From Spirochaetia bacterium (lineage in GTDB: Bacteria; Spirochaetota; Spirochaetia; CADAEX01), in NCBI GenBank assembly GCA_045606105.1, contig JAZURI010000011.1, positions 70,836-134,835 of the forward strand: a stretch of 64,000 bases of DNA, given 5' to 3'. The translations under genes and the position numbers were made by a program. This document shows, piece after piece, positions 9,774 to 20,662 of the stretch (position 1 is its first letter; every line of letters starts with the position of its first letter). The notes beneath the pieces are model-generated. The model saw nothing but the letters and a program-made list of their open reading frames with translations, made no database searches and was not told the origin of the DNA.

Positions 9774-11372
9774 TTATTCTCCTATTACTTTTATTCGTCC
9801 CTGCGGATCGGCATATTCCTTTCCTATTTTCCCGCCGAGACATTCCGTTATGTACATTTCCAGAATATCTGTATCTGCAATCCCTGTATTGACCTTGTTC
9901 ACGGCATCCTTAAACATTGAAGCGCCCCCACCCATGGATTCGATAAGATAATCTGTTGAAGCAATTGAATACATGTGTGATTTTCTGAGTTTTCTGTATT
10001 TTCCCGATTCCGGATCCAGAATCCTTATATCCCTGATTCGCCTTTTTCCGTCAATACCGGTGAAAAATCCGTTCTCATCAAGCTGCACGGGAGAGGGAAC
10101 TGATGGATCGAAGCTGAACGTAAGCCCCGAAAAATGATAGAAGCTTCCTGTCTCCTCCGGATAATTCCTGACTGAAAACTCAAGAAAGTCCCTGAGCTGA
10201 CGGCCGGTTATCTCAGCTGTGCATATGTTGTTTTCGAAAGGGATAGCATTGACAATATCGAGATGGGTCACATTTCCGGCACTGATCCCTTTCCTGATCC
10301 CTCCGCCGTTCATGGCCCCGATACAGGCTCCTGTCATGATACGGTAGGAATCAGACACCAGGTTTCCTATATTTGTTTCCCGGCATCTTACGATTCTCTT
10401 TCCATCTTTGGAATTTACCTCAAGATCTGCTTCAGAAACCGCAAAGGCACGCTGTCCGTTTAATTCATTTTCCCGGTTGATTCCTGCTATGAAATCATCC
10501 ACGGCCCGGTCCCGGCGGGGGTACTTTTCCACGGAAACAAGTTCAGTAGTAACGCGCCCGGGGGTCAGGGTAAGCTTTCCCATATATGCAAATCCGGAGC
10601 CGGTAGAGGAAAGGACCACCTCCTTGCCTGACCTGTCGGTGATTCTCCTGTGTTCCATAACGGTGTGGGAATGGGCATCCAGCACTGCCGAAAGACCGGA
10701 TGTATTTTTTATAAGCTCTATGGAGCTCAATTTTTCAGGAACATCCTCACTGCCAAGATGGGCAAGGGCAACCACGTAATCGGCACCGGCGGCCTTGGCT
10801 GCATCTATGCTTTTCTGCACATTCTCAAACAGGTTATCGGAACAGAAGCTGTAGTAAACAACACCGTTCCTGGTATAAAATGTGGAGCGGGTCGACTTAT
10901 ATGTATCAGGAGTAATGACCCCCACAAAGGCAACATCGGCATCCCCGCAGCGGACAATCGTATAAGGACTGAAAACATGCTTGTTTTCCCGATCCAGGAA
11001 ATTACAGCAGACAAAGGGAGCCTTGGACATATCGGCAAGCTCCTTGAGCCGGGCCACTCCGTAATCAAACTCATGGTTTCCGGGAGCCACCGCATCGTAA
11101 CCCACTATATCCATTATCCCGGTAATGTATTCCCCTTTGGAAACAGCCCCATACCAGCCCCCCTGAATAAAGTCGCCCACAGAGACAGCCGCCACTTTTC
11201 CGTGCTTTGCTTCGAGCTCCTGCCTGAAGGCAGAAAATTTGGAATATCCGTCCACGGCACAGTGGACATCGTTTTCGTACAGAATTACCGCCTCGGACTG
11301 CTGAGCAAAGGCAGGAGCGGAAAAAAACAGTACCAGTAAGGAAACAATCAGTAAAGCAAGCTTTTTCTTCAT
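9774..11372 (-). CDS. secreted 5'-nucleotidase / metallophosphoesterase (UshA-like)
   Basis: Signal peptide MKKKLALLIVSLLVLFFSAPAFA; metallophosphatase motifs (NDVHC…GNHEFD); C-terminal 5'-nucleotidase domain. The start was moved to MKKKL. Confidence 0.8.
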   Translation of the reverse strand: MKKKLALLIVSLLVLFFSAPAFAQQSEAVILYENDVHCAVDGYSKFSAFRQELEAKHGKVAAVSVGDFIQGGWYGAVSKGEYITGIMDIVGYDAVAPGNHEFDYGVARLKELADMSKAPFVCCNFLDRENKHVFSPYTIVRCGDADVAFVGVITPDTYKSTRSTFYTRNGVVYYSFCSDNLFENVQKSIDAAKAAGADYVVALAHLGSEDVPEKLSSIELIKNTSGLSAVLDAHSHTVMEHRRITDRSGKEVVLSSTGSGFAYMGKLTLTPGRVTTELVSVEKYPRRDRAVDDFIAGINRENELNGQRAFAVSEADLEVNSKDGKRIVRCRETNIGNLVSDSYRIMTGACIGAMNGGGIRKGISAGNVTHLDIVNAIPFENNICTAEITGRQLRDFLEFSVRNYPEETGSFYHFSGLTFSFDPSVPSPVQLDENGFFTGIDGKRRIRDIRILDPESGKYRKLRKSHMYSIASTDYLIESMGGGASMFKDAVNKVNTGIADTDILEMYITECLGGKIGKEYADPQGRIKVIGE

Positions 11373-11382
11373 ATCAGAAATT

Positions 11383-12801
11383 TCACTTTTTTCTGTATAC
11401 CGCAGAAAGTTTAAAAAGATAGAATACAAAGGAGGCTGCCGCTAACAGGATTCCTGCCGGATATGAAACCGATGCACCCAATGCAAAACCCTCCCTGGCC
11501 ATAAGAATGTATGTAACACAGACTCCTGTCATGAACGCAGCAGGAACTGCAGTAATAAGCGAGCTGAATTTTCCCTTTCCTTTCCTGATGAAATAGGCGG
11601 TAGCAACCCATAAGGTAATCATGGCAAGAGTCTGGTTGCCCCATGCGAAATAACGCCACAGAATATTGAAATCAATCTGGGTGAGAATACCGCAGACTGC
11701 AAGGACAGGAATTGTAATGATAAGCCGGTTCTTTACGGATGACTGGTCAAGTCCGGTACATTCGGAAAGGATAAGCCTGGCACTCCGGCAGGCAGTGTCC
11801 CCTGAAGTAATCGGACAGACCACCACACCTATGACAGCAAGAATACCGCCCAGGGGACCGAGGAGAGTACAGGAGATATCATAAACCACCCCGGACTGTC
11901 CCATGCGGACAAGTGCATCACCCAATGCATCCGTAGCCCCGTAGAATGCCACACCTGCCGCCGCCCAGACAAGGGCAATAACAGATTCGATAATCATGGC
12001 ACCGTAGAAAATACTGCGGCCCAGATGCTCTCCGGTAATGCATTTGGCAATCATCGGAGACTGAGTGGCATGAAAACCCGATATGGCGCCGCAGGCTACC
12101 GTAATAAACATAAACGGCCATATAGGGAGGTTATCGGGATGAAGATCTGCAAAGGTGATTTCGGGAATATGATATTCGCCGGAAAAGCAGATACCCACAA
12201 AAATTCCCAGAGCCATAACTATAAGGATTACCCCGAAAACCGGATATATCTTTCCGATTACTTTGTCGATAGGCAGAAGGGTTGCAAGCAGATAGTAGAT
12301 AAAAATCACAACAGCCCAGAATCCCACATTCAGTTTCTCGGGGGTGAGCATGGCAAGAAGAACAGCAGGACTGGTAATGAATACTGCTCCCACCAGGATA
12401 AGCATCGGAACGGAAAAAAGCCTCATGAACCACTTTATCGGTTTTCCGCAGTAGATTCCGGCAAGTTCGGCAATGGACTCCCCGTTATGCCTTATGGAAA
12501 TCATACCTGAAACATAGTCATGAACCGCACCGGCAAAGACAGATCCCAGTACAATCCAGAGAAATACCACAGGGCCGAACATGGCACCCATAAGAGCCCC
12601 GAAGATAGGGCCTGTACCTGCAATATTCAGAAGCTGGATAAGGAAAGCCTTCCAGGTCTTAATAGGAACCCTGTCGACACCGTCCGGATGGGCAATGGCA
12701 GGAGTAGGTCGGTTATCAGCACCAAATATCTTTTCCGTAAAACGGCTGTATACCAGATATCCGACAAGAAGAACCATAAAAGATAAAATCAATGATACCA
12801 T
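11383..12801 (-). CDS. cstA: carbon starvation protein A
   Basis: N-terminus matches CstA (…NIAGTGPIFGALMGAMFGPV…AGAVHDY…) and the protein is polytopic. Confidence 0.8.
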   Translation of the reverse strand: MVSLILSFMVLLVGYLVYSRFTEKIFGADNRPTPAIAHPDGVDRVPIKTWKAFLIQLLNIAGTGPIFGALMGAMFGPVVFLWIVLGSVFAGAVHDYVSGMISIRHNGESIAELAGIYCGKPIKWFMRLFSVPMLILVGAVFITSPAVLLAMLTPEKLNVGFWAVVIFIYYLLATLLPIDKVIGKIYPVFGVILIVMALGIFVGICFSGEYHIPEITFADLHPDNLPIWPFMFITVACGAISGFHATQSPMIAKCITGEHLGRSIFYGAMIIESVIALVWAAAGVAFYGATDALGDALVRMGQSGVVYDISCTLLGPLGGILAVIGVVVCPITSGDTACRSARLILSECTGLDQSSVKNRLIITIPVLAVCGILTQIDFNILWRYFAWGNQTLAMITLWVATAYFIRKGKGKFSSLITAVPAAFMTGVCVTYILMAREGFALGASVSYPAGILLAAASFVFYLFKLSAVYRKK

Positions 12802-12863
12802 AATTTATGATATAACACAGAAGTTTTATTTTGTCTTGCGGAATATGAATTATTTCAGGAAAA

Positions 12864-13583
12864 CTAAACCAAAATCACGGGAACGGAAGCATCGGCAGTC
12901 ACAGTACCCGGAACAACCCGGCAGTCCACAGCCATGATCCGTACCCCAGCCTCGGAAGCGGCTTTCAGGGCATCGGCAAAGGCAGGATCGGTTTCCCGGT
13001 TGGGTATAAAACGTCTGCACCCCTTCATCTGGATGACAATGAGAACCCCGCACAGGTATGAACCGGACAGAGCCAGCTCAGTCAGCTCCTTCACATGCTT
13101 TACCCCTCTTTCGGTGGGAGCATCGGGAAACATGGCCACACCGTCCCTTTCCAGAGTGCACCCCTTTACCTCCAGAAGCATTTTTCTTTCGGTACCTGAA
13201 ACATCCCTGTATCTTATAAAGAAATCAAATCTGGATTTTCCGACCTTGAATTCGGGCCGGAGTTCAATGATTCCGGGAAAAAGCTCCCGGTTTCCGGAAA
13301 TCCACTCTGCAGCAATCCTGTTGGGAGCCTGGCTGTCCATGTTTACGGGATTTGTACTGCCGTCCGGCATGATCTTTTCCACCGTAACCAGGTCAAAGGC
13401 TGTCTTTCTGGCAGGATTGCTTCCCCTTTCCAGGTAGACGGCCGCCCCGGGAACCAGCAGCTCCCTGCACCGCCCCGTATTCTTGACATGGACTGTCTCT
13501 TCCCGGCCGTCCAACAGGACACGGGCTATGAAGCGGTTGGGTCTGCTTATGAATTCTGCTTTAACTATATTTTCATACTTCAT
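12864..13583 (-). CDS. sfsA: sugar fermentation stimulation protein SfsA
   Basis: N-terminal signature AEFISRPNRFIARV…HVKNTGRCREL. Confidence 0.85.
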   Translation of the reverse strand: MKYENIVKAEFISRPNRFIARVLLDGREETVHVKNTGRCRELLVPGAAVYLERGSNPARKTAFDLVTVEKIMPDGSTNPVNMDSQAPNRIAAEWISGNRELFPGIIELRPEFKVGKSRFDFFIRYRDVSGTERKMLLEVKGCTLERDGVAMFPDAPTERGVKHVKELTELALSGSYLCGVLIVIQMKGCRRFIPNRETDPAFADALKAASEAGVRIMAVDCRVVPGTVTADASVPVILV

Positions 13584-13659
13584 GTTTTTTTATTGCCTAA
13601 TCAAACCAAATCTGATAATTTCATTTATTATATATAAATTCAATTCCAAGGAAAAGCTT

Positions 13660-14886
13660 ATGTCAGGAAAGAAAATGCCGCTGGCCGTCAGAATCTTCAT
13701 CGGTCTTACGGTAGGTATTGCCGCAGGTATCATACTTATAAACATTGACGGCGGTATTGAAATCGCAAACAAATATATCAAACCTTGGGGAACCATATTC
13801 CTTAATCTGCTGAAGTTCGTGGTTGTTCCGATAGTACTTCTTTCTATCATCTCGGGTGTAATTTCCATGAGGGATATACGCAAGGTGGGAAGCGTAGGTA
13901 TCAAGACCCTGATCTACTATATAGTCACAACAGCATTTGCCATTGCACTGGCCCTTTTACTTTCCACCCTGGCAAAGAGTATGCATATTTTTACTCCTAT
14001 CAATACTTCGGATCTCGCCTATAAAGCTCCTGCAAATCAGGATTTTATCACCACTATCATTAACCTTTTTCCGTCTAACATAGTAGCACCGCTTCTTAAC
14101 GCCAACATGCTTCAGGTAATCATGGTTGCCCTTTTCATAGGATTCGGGATCCTGTCTGTGGGAGAAAAAGGAAAACCGGCTGCTGCTGTCATCGAAAGCT
14201 TCAACGAGGTTTTTGTCAATATTATCGATACCATCCTGAATATAAGCCCTTTCGCGGTCGCATGTCTCATCTGCCCGGTGGTAGCTGCAAACGGAGCCGA
14301 CATTCTAGGGAACCTTGCGATTGTCATACTGGTCACATACATCGGATACATAACTCATGCCGCAGTGGTATACTCGATAACAGTAAAGACACTGGGAAAT
14401 ATTTCTCCGCTGAAATTCTTCAAGGAAATGATTCCTGCCATAATCTTTGCATTCTCCTCATCATCTTCCGTAAGTACACTTCCTATCAACAGGGAATGTA
14501 CCGAAAAGCTGGGTGCTGACAAGAATATCACATCTTTCGTTCTTCCTCTGGGAGCAACCATAAACATGGATGGAACTGCAATCTACCAGGGAGTATGTGC
14601 CGTATTTATCGCATGCTGCTTCGGAATCGACCTGACCTTGTGGCAGATGATTACCATTATCATCACCACTACCCTGGCTTCTGTGGGAACTGCAGGTGTA
14701 CCGGGAGCCGGAGTGATAATGCTGACCATGGTTCTTCAGAGTGTTAACATACCGCTGGAGGGAATTGCCATTGTAGCCGGAGTAGACCGTATCTTTGACA
14801 TGGGACGTACCGTAATCAACATTACAGGGGATGCCGCATGTACCATAGTAGTTTCGGGACTGGAGAAAAAATCAGAAAAAATTTGA
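13660..14886 (+). CDS. dicarboxylate/amino acid:cation symporter (GltP/DAACS family)
   Basis: Family motif FLNLLKFVVVPIVLLSIISG; the start was moved to MSGKK (ATG at 13660), past a non-coding AT-rich leader. Confidence 0.8.
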   Translation: MSGKKMPLAVRIFIGLTVGIAAGIILINIDGGIEIANKYIKPWGTIFLNLLKFVVVPIVLLSIISGVISMRDIRKVGSVGIKTLIYYIVTTAFAIALALLLSTLAKSMHIFTPINTSDLAYKAPANQDFITTIINLFPSNIVAPLLNANMLQVIMVALFIGFGILSVGEKGKPAAAVIESFNEVFVNIIDTILNISPFAVACLICPVVAANGADILGNLAIVILVTYIGYITHAAVVYSITVKTLGNISPLKFFKEMIPAIIFAFSSSSSVSTLPINRECTEKLGADKNITSFVLPLGATINMDGTAIYQGVCAVFIACCFGIDLTLWQMITIIITTTLASVGTAGVPGAGVIMLTMVLQSVNIPLEGIAIVAGVDRIFDMGRTVINITGDAACTIVVSGLEKKSEKI

Positions 14887-14893
14887 TGCTGAA

Positions 14894-16078
14894 TCAGCCT
14901 TTGGTCTGCTTCCTTCCGTGGAAAAACCAGTAAACCGGCAGAGCAATAAAGGAAAGAAAAGCCCCTGCAAAATAGAGGGCATGAAAGCCTGAAGCCTCTG
15001 CCACAAATCCCAGAAGAGCAGGCGCCACCCCTACTCCCAGATCGGAAAAGGCCCAGTATGTGGTAACGGCAAAAGGACGGCGTTCATTATCCACCTGCCG
15101 GTTAACAATGACATTCAGAGTGGAATTAAGGGTTCCGTATCCCAGAGCGCCGCATACGGCACAGATTACAATGGTTGCCATACAGGGTTTCCAGGCCAGA
15201 AGTGCTATACCTACAGCCTGTGCCGTGATACAGGGATAACAGATTATATTATCACCGTAAATATCCTGAAGCTTTCCTGCAAACGGACGGGAAAATACAA
15301 GTACTCCGGCATATATCAGGAAAAAGTATGAAAACTCCTCTGCCATATCCAGATATACGGCATAAAGACGATAGAATGACATGAGGGCCGCATAACCGAA
15401 GCAGAGAAAGAAGATACAGAGAGAAACAGGAACTGCCTTCGGCTCCAGCAGGGAAAGGATTGAAAAAGGCTTTTTTTCTGCAGGAGAAGGATTATTACGA
15501 GTCTCATACCATGGATCGATACTGCGGGTTTCGGCCCCTGAAATGAAAATTACAATCAGCAGCGAAAGAACAGAAGCTGTAATGAAGCAGCCGTTGCCTC
15601 CGAAGAAATCATATATAAGACCGCCGAAGAAAGGGCCCAGGGCAATACCGAGAGCAGTAGAAAGCATGAAATAGCCGGCTGCCTCACCGAAACGGCTTTT
15701 GGGAAGAGAGGCCATCCCAATCAGCATTATGGCATTGGCGGTAGCACCGAATCCGATTCCGTGTATGAATCTGATAATCATGAGCCAGAGCGCATTTCCG
15801 GCCAGCATATAGCAGCTGCCGGCGATGAAGTGAAGGACACCGAAAACCAGGGCCACATGCTTCCAGCCGTATTTTTTCATGACCGAACCGGAAAACATAC
15901 GGGAGACAAGCCCTCCCACTACATAAATCCCGGAAATGAAACCGGCAAGAGAAGCAGCAACTCCCATTCCGGCAGCATATTCGGTAACGGTGGACATCAT
16001 TGTATACAAAACCAGGGCCAGACAGAGCTGTGCCATGAAAGTACAGATAAAATTCCGGGTTACAATTCTTTCCTTCAT
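14894..16078 (-). CDS. MFS transporter
   Basis: 12-helix hydrophobicity pattern; conserved GxxxDRxGRK-like loop region between TM2 and TM3. Confidence 0.7.
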   Translation of the reverse strand: MKERIVTRNFICTFMAQLCLALVLYTMMSTVTEYAAGMGVAASLAGFISGIYVVGGLVSRMFSGSVMKKYGWKHVALVFGVLHFIAGSCYMLAGNALWLMIIRFIHGIGFGATANAIMLIGMASLPKSRFGEAAGYFMLSTALGIALGPFFGGLIYDFFGGNGCFITASVLSLLIVIFISGAETRSIDPWYETRNNPSPAEKKPFSILSLLEPKAVPVSLCIFFLCFGYAALMSFYRLYAVYLDMAEEFSYFFLIYAGVLVFSRPFAGKLQDIYGDNIICYPCITAQAVGIALLAWKPCMATIVICAVCGALGYGTLNSTLNVIVNRQVDNERRPFAVTTYWAFSDLGVGVAPALLGFVAEASGFHALYFAGAFLSFIALPVYWFFHGRKQTKG

Positions 16079-16151
16079 AATGGGGCATTATAGCAGAAAA
16101 CAGTTTTTTTGTTTAATAAGATATGAAAGGAAAAAGATGTCAGAAAAGGGA

Positions 16152-16186
16152 AATTAGGGGAAATTAGTGGAAAATTTCCCCTAATT
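16152..16186. promoter_or_regulatory. nested palindrome / candidate operator between divergent MFS and fic genes
   Basis: AATTAGGGG-A-AATTAGTGG-AAAATTT-CCCCTAATT: outer inverted repeat AATTAGGGG/CCCCTAATT and inner GGGGAAATT/AATTTCCCC, 39 bp upstream of the fic ATG. Confidence 0.3.
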
Positions 16187-16224
16187 CAGTTGTCAGTACA
16201 CGAATTAGATGATATATTTAAAAC

Positions 16225-17526
16225 ATGATTGAAAAAACACCCAAAAACAAAGATGTTACTTTTCAAAAAATATCTGAAATTCTGCTGAATCCCGAATATC
16301 GGGCAAATCTTGAGGAAATAGAAAAAGAATATCTTTATTGGGACAAGGCAAAGTTTTATAAGCCGCAGAAAATAAATGACCATGATTACTGGGCAGCAAT
16401 AAAATTTTCAAGAATAGGTGAATCTGTTTCATTTCATAATAAAGTTTTCAAATTCAGAATAACTAAATATATGCAGAAATATCTCCATGATTTTGATATG
16501 TATTCCGGAGGCACACTCCCGTCAGCTGATATAATCTCACAGAAAAAAAGGCAATATTATCTGCTTAGTTCTCTGATGGAAGAAGCTATTGCATCCAGCC
16601 AGATGGAGGGGGCAAATACCACAAGAAAAATCGCAAAAGATATGCTCAGAAAAAAATCAAAGCCATGCAACAAAGATCAACAGATGATTGTAAACAATTA
16701 TAACACAATAAGATTTTTGTCTGAAAACAAAGATAGGAGCCTTTCCCCAGAGTTCCTGTCTGAAATACACAAAAAAATTTCAGAGCACACACTTGAAAAT
16801 CCTTTGGATGAAGGAAATTTCAGAACTGATGACAATATAGTTGTCATGGATGCCCTTCAGGGAGAAATTGCACATACCCCGCCAATACATACAGAAATAA
16901 AACAATACATTACGGATTTATGTAATTTTGCCAATAATGATGATCAGTACATACATCCGGTGGTTAAAGCAATCATCATTCATTTTATGATTTCATATCT
17001 GCACCCGTTTACTGACGGAAACGGAAGGACAGCCCGTTCATTATTCTATTGGTATATGCTGAAAAAAGGATATTGGTTTACAGAATTTCTTTCCATCTCA
17101 AGGATTATTTACAAAAGTAAAAGGCAATATGAACGCTCTTTCTTATATGTAGAAAACGATGATATGGATTTAGGATATTTCATCAATTATAATATAAAAA
17201 TAATCGATAAATCACTTAATGATCTGAAAGAATACCTGAACAGAAAAACTCTGGAAGAAGAATCTCTTCTTAAGTTTAAAATCATTGATGATATAAACGA
17301 GAGACAGGCCGGAATCTTAAAAATTGCCTCTGAGAGACCATCTACAATTTTTATTGCAAAAGAGCTGGAAACCATATTTTCTGTTTCGGTAAAAACAATC
17401 AGAAACGACCTGAAAAAATTAACCGAAGCGGGTTTTCTGGATATTGTACCGTTAAATCTTCGTTTACAAGGATATGTAAGAAGTAAACATTTTGAAGAAA
17501 AAATAAAGTTCCTAAAAGAAAACTGA
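16225..17526 (+). CDS. Fic family protein (FIC domain plus C-terminal winged-helix)
   Basis: Canonical Fic motif HPFTDGNGRTAR; 433 aa. Confidence 0.85.
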   Translation: MIEKTPKNKDVTFQKISEILLNPEYRANLEEIEKEYLYWDKAKFYKPQKINDHDYWAAIKFSRIGESVSFHNKVFKFRITKYMQKYLHDFDMYSGGTLPSADIISQKKRQYYLLSSLMEEAIASSQMEGANTTRKIAKDMLRKKSKPCNKDQQMIVNNYNTIRFLSENKDRSLSPEFLSEIHKKISEHTLENPLDEGNFRTDDNIVVMDALQGEIAHTPPIHTEIKQYITDLCNFANNDDQYIHPVVKAIIIHFMISYLHPFTDGNGRTARSLFYWYMLKKGYWFTEFLSISRIIYKSKRQYERSFLYVENDDMDLGYFINYNIKIIDKSLNDLKEYLNRKTLEEESLLKFKIIDDINERQAGILKIASERPSTIFIAKELETIFSVSVKTIRNDLKKLTEAGFLDIVPLNLRLQGYVRSKHFEEKIKFLKEN

Positions 17527-17561
17527 ATTAAAAAAGGCTGCCTTTTCAGACAGCCTTTATT
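17527..17561. terminator. bidirectional intrinsic terminator between convergent fic and gpmI
   Basis: AAAAAAGGCTGCC-TTTTCAGA-CAGCCTTTATTTT hairpin flanked by A and T runs. Confidence 0.45.
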
Positions 17562-19220
17562 TTATTTCATGTTGATGATTGACTTGTCGTATTCCTCAGG
17601 CGGGAAATAACCCATGAGGCTGAGCAGGGTTGCAGGCCATGAGCTGATTCCAAGGCCTTCGTTCAGGTTCTCGGTATCATATTCACCCTGATATTCAGGG
17701 TCGTAGATAATGGCCGGCACCAGGTTCAGGGAATGGGAGGTCTTGGTTCTCGGTTCCCCGTTCTCGTCAGTCTTGATTCTTCCGTCCTTGGCGTGGACAA
17801 ACATGTCGTCGGAGTTTCCGTGATCTGCTGTAAGGCACAGGATTCCCCCTGCCTCCTCAATGGCAGCCTTCAGACGACCCAGCTGCAGGTCAAGAGCCTC
17901 CATGGAGCAGACTACGGCATTGAATACTCCGGTATGTCCCACCATATCTCCGTTGGGATAATTGAGGCGGATATGCTCATATTTTCCTGATTTAATTGCT
18001 TCTATTACCTTGTCGGTGATTTCGGCACACTTCATCCACGGTCTCTGCTCGAACGGAACCACATCGGACGGTACCTCTACATAATCCTCCAGCTCCTCGC
18101 TGAATTTGCCTTGTCTGTTTCCGTTGAAGAAATAGGTAACATGGCCGAATTTCTGGGTTTCGCTGATTGCCATAAGGTGAACTCCGCTGTTTGTCAGATA
18201 TTCTCCCATGGTACGGTCTATGCATGGCGGGCTTACCAGGAACTGTGCAGGAATATGGGCATCTCCGTCATATTCCATCATTCCGGCATACTCAACCGCA
18301 GGTACTCTCTTTCTGTCGAAGTACGGGAAATCTCCCTCTGCCGGGGTCTCAAAGGCGGCTGTCATTTCCAGTGCACGGTCTCCCCTGAAATTGAAAAGAA
18401 CAACGCTGTCGCCGTCATTTATGGTTCCTACCGGCTTTCCGTTTTCGGTAATGACAAATTCATGCATATCCTGATCCAGAAGCTCAGGATTTTCCTTCCG
18501 ATAGGTCTCAATGGCCTCTGCTGCGCTGCTGAAAGCTCTTCCCTCCCCCAGCACATGGGTATACCATCCCCGCTGAACCATGCTCCAGTCTGCATTGTAG
18601 CGGTCCATGGTCAGGTACATACGTCCTCCGCCGCTGGCAATCCGGTAATCACGGTATACAAATGAAGCAAGATACTCCTCAAGAGGTCTGATATAATCAA
18701 GGGCACTGACAGGATCCACATCACGACCGTCAAGAACGGCATGGACACGGAGCTTTTCGATACCTTCCTTGTCTGCCTGTGCAATCATGGCCTTCAGATG
18801 ATCTATATGTGAATGAACGTTTCCGTCTGAAACAAGTCCGATAAAATGAAGTACGGAGTCCTTTCTGATAACATTGAGGGTAAGCTTCTGCCAGGTCTTG
18901 TCCCTGAACATGCTGCCCGAAGTGATGGAATCGCTTACCAGCTTGGCACCCTGGGCGAAAACCCGTCCGCAGCCCATGGCATTGTGTCCTACCTCGCTGT
19001 TTCCCATATCGCTGTCCCCCGGAAGCCCGACTGCTGTTCCGTGAGCCTTCAGCTTGGTGAAAGGGCTGTTTGCCATAAACCAGTTCAGATACTTCATACG
19101 GGCTGCCTGAACCGCATCACCTTCAACATATTTTCCGCATCCCACACCATCCATTACAACCAGGACTACAGGACCGCGGCGTCCCTTCCATGCAGGATTT
19201 TTACTTAATACTTCTTTCAT
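17562..19220 (-). CDS. gpmI: 2,3-bisphosphoglycerate-independent phosphoglycerate mutase
   Basis: N-terminal VVLVVMDGVG…MGNSEVGHNAMGCGR metal-binding motifs; 552 aa. Confidence 0.9.
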   Translation of the reverse strand: MKEVLSKNPAWKGRRGPVVLVVMDGVGCGKYVEGDAVQAARMKYLNWFMANSPFTKLKAHGTAVGLPGDSDMGNSEVGHNAMGCGRVFAQGAKLVSDSITSGSMFRDKTWQKLTLNVIRKDSVLHFIGLVSDGNVHSHIDHLKAMIAQADKEGIEKLRVHAVLDGRDVDPVSALDYIRPLEEYLASFVYRDYRIASGGGRMYLTMDRYNADWSMVQRGWYTHVLGEGRAFSSAAEAIETYRKENPELLDQDMHEFVITENGKPVGTINDGDSVVLFNFRGDRALEMTAAFETPAEGDFPYFDRKRVPAVEYAGMMEYDGDAHIPAQFLVSPPCIDRTMGEYLTNSGVHLMAISETQKFGHVTYFFNGNRQGKFSEELEDYVEVPSDVVPFEQRPWMKCAEITDKVIEAIKSGKYEHIRLNYPNGDMVGHTGVFNAVVCSMEALDLQLGRLKAAIEEAGGILCLTADHGNSDDMFVHAKDGRIKTDENGEPRTKTSHSLNLVPAIIYDPEYQGEYDTENLNEGLGISSWPATLLSLMGYFPPEEYDKSIINMK

Positions 19221-19318
19221 ACTTAAAATATATACGATTTTCCGCGGTTTTACAATGATTGATTTACCTTACTTTTATCTTGACTTTTATATATTAAAAA
19301 ATATAATGACTATTCCTT

Positions 19319-20662
19319 ATGAAAGCAGTTTCGGATTTTACCCAAGGCAGAATTCTTTTTCCTCTGATAAAATTTACCCTTCCTTTGATGCTGGCTATCT
19401 TTCTCCAGACCATGTACGGGGCAATCGACCTGCTGGTGGTGGGTCAGTTCGGAACTGCGGCTGATGTGTCGGCCATCTCCACAGGCTCCTATATAATGAT
19501 GGCGATAACCTTTATCATTGCAGATACGGCAATGGGGCTGACCATTCTCCTGGGACGGAAGATCGGGGCAAGGGAAACCGAAGAGGCAGGTAATGTTATC
19601 GGCTCGGGAATTCTCCTTTTTACAGTAATTTCACTGATAATCACAGTCGTGATGCTTCTTTCCGCACCTCTTCTTTCAAGAGCCATGATGATACCGGACG
19701 AAGCCTTTGCTTCATGCAACAACTATACCAGGATCTGCTCCTCAGGGGCTCTCTTCATAGTAGGCTATAACCTGATAGGGGCAATTTTCCGAGGTCTGGG
19801 AAATTCCAGGCTTCCGCTGATAGTAGTTGCCATTGCCTGCTTTTTCAATATAGTCGGGGATCTGATTTTTGTGGCAGTTTTTGGCATGGGAGCTGAAGGA
19901 GCTGCCCTGGCTACGGTAATTTCCCAGGGTCTCAGCGTGATTATCTCTTTTTTCATTGTAAAAAAGATGAAAAAGCCTTTTTCCTTCGGCATCCATTCAC
20001 TCAGGTGGAACAGGCTTTATAACAATACTGTTCTCAGACTCGGTTTTCCTCTGGCAATCCAGGAAATAATGGTAAATGTTTCATATCTGGTAATTGCCGC
20101 AATAGTAAACACCTTCGGAGTGATTCCTTCTGCCGGGGTAGGAATTGCCGACAAGCTGGTAGGCTTCATATTCATTGTTCCGGTAAGCTTTATGCAGGCC
20201 ATGGCTGCCTTTGTTGCACAGAATCATGGGGCAAGGAAGCCTGAAAGGGCTGAAAAGGCACTGGTTTACGGTATAGAATGCTCGATTTTACTGGGATTGA
20301 TGATCGGATACATGACATTTTTCCACGGAGACCATTTCCTGCGCCTCTTCTCTCCGGACCATCAGATTATAGCGGTGGGATTTGAATATCTGAGAGCATT
20401 CTCCCTTGAATGCCTTATCATAGCGGTTCTTTTCTCGTTCCTGGGATATTTCAACGGAATGGGAAAAACAAACTTTGTCATGTGGCAGGGAATATCAGGA
20501 GCGACTCTGGCAAGAATACCTCTGGCATTCCTTATAAACGCACTGATGCCGGGTAACATTTTCATGCTGACCCTGGCTATACCGTTTTCATCCTTTCTGC
20601 AGATTATCCTGTGCATCTTCTACATGAAGAGATTAAAGCGGAAGCAAGCTCAACAATCTTAG
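19319..20662 (+). CDS. MATE family efflux transporter
   Basis: 12 TM helices; N-terminal FTLPLMLAIFLQTMYGAIDLLVVGQFG typical of the MATE/NorM family. Confidence 0.8.
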   Translation: MKAVSDFTQGRILFPLIKFTLPLMLAIFLQTMYGAIDLLVVGQFGTAADVSAISTGSYIMMAITFIIADTAMGLTILLGRKIGARETEEAGNVIGSGILLFTVISLIITVVMLLSAPLLSRAMMIPDEAFASCNNYTRICSSGALFIVGYNLIGAIFRGLGNSRLPLIVVAIACFFNIVGDLIFVAVFGMGAEGAALATVISQGLSVIISFFIVKKMKKPFSFGIHSLRWNRLYNNTVLRLGFPLAIQEIMVNVSYLVIAAIVNTFGVIPSAGVGIADKLVGFIFIVPVSFMQAMAAFVAQNHGARKPERAEKALVYGIECSILLGLMIGYMTFFHGDHFLRLFSPDHQIIAVGFEYLRAFSLECLIIAVLFSFLGYFNGMGKTNFVMWQGISGATLARIPLAFLINALMPGNIFMLTLAIPFSSFLQIILCIFYMKRLKRKQAQQS

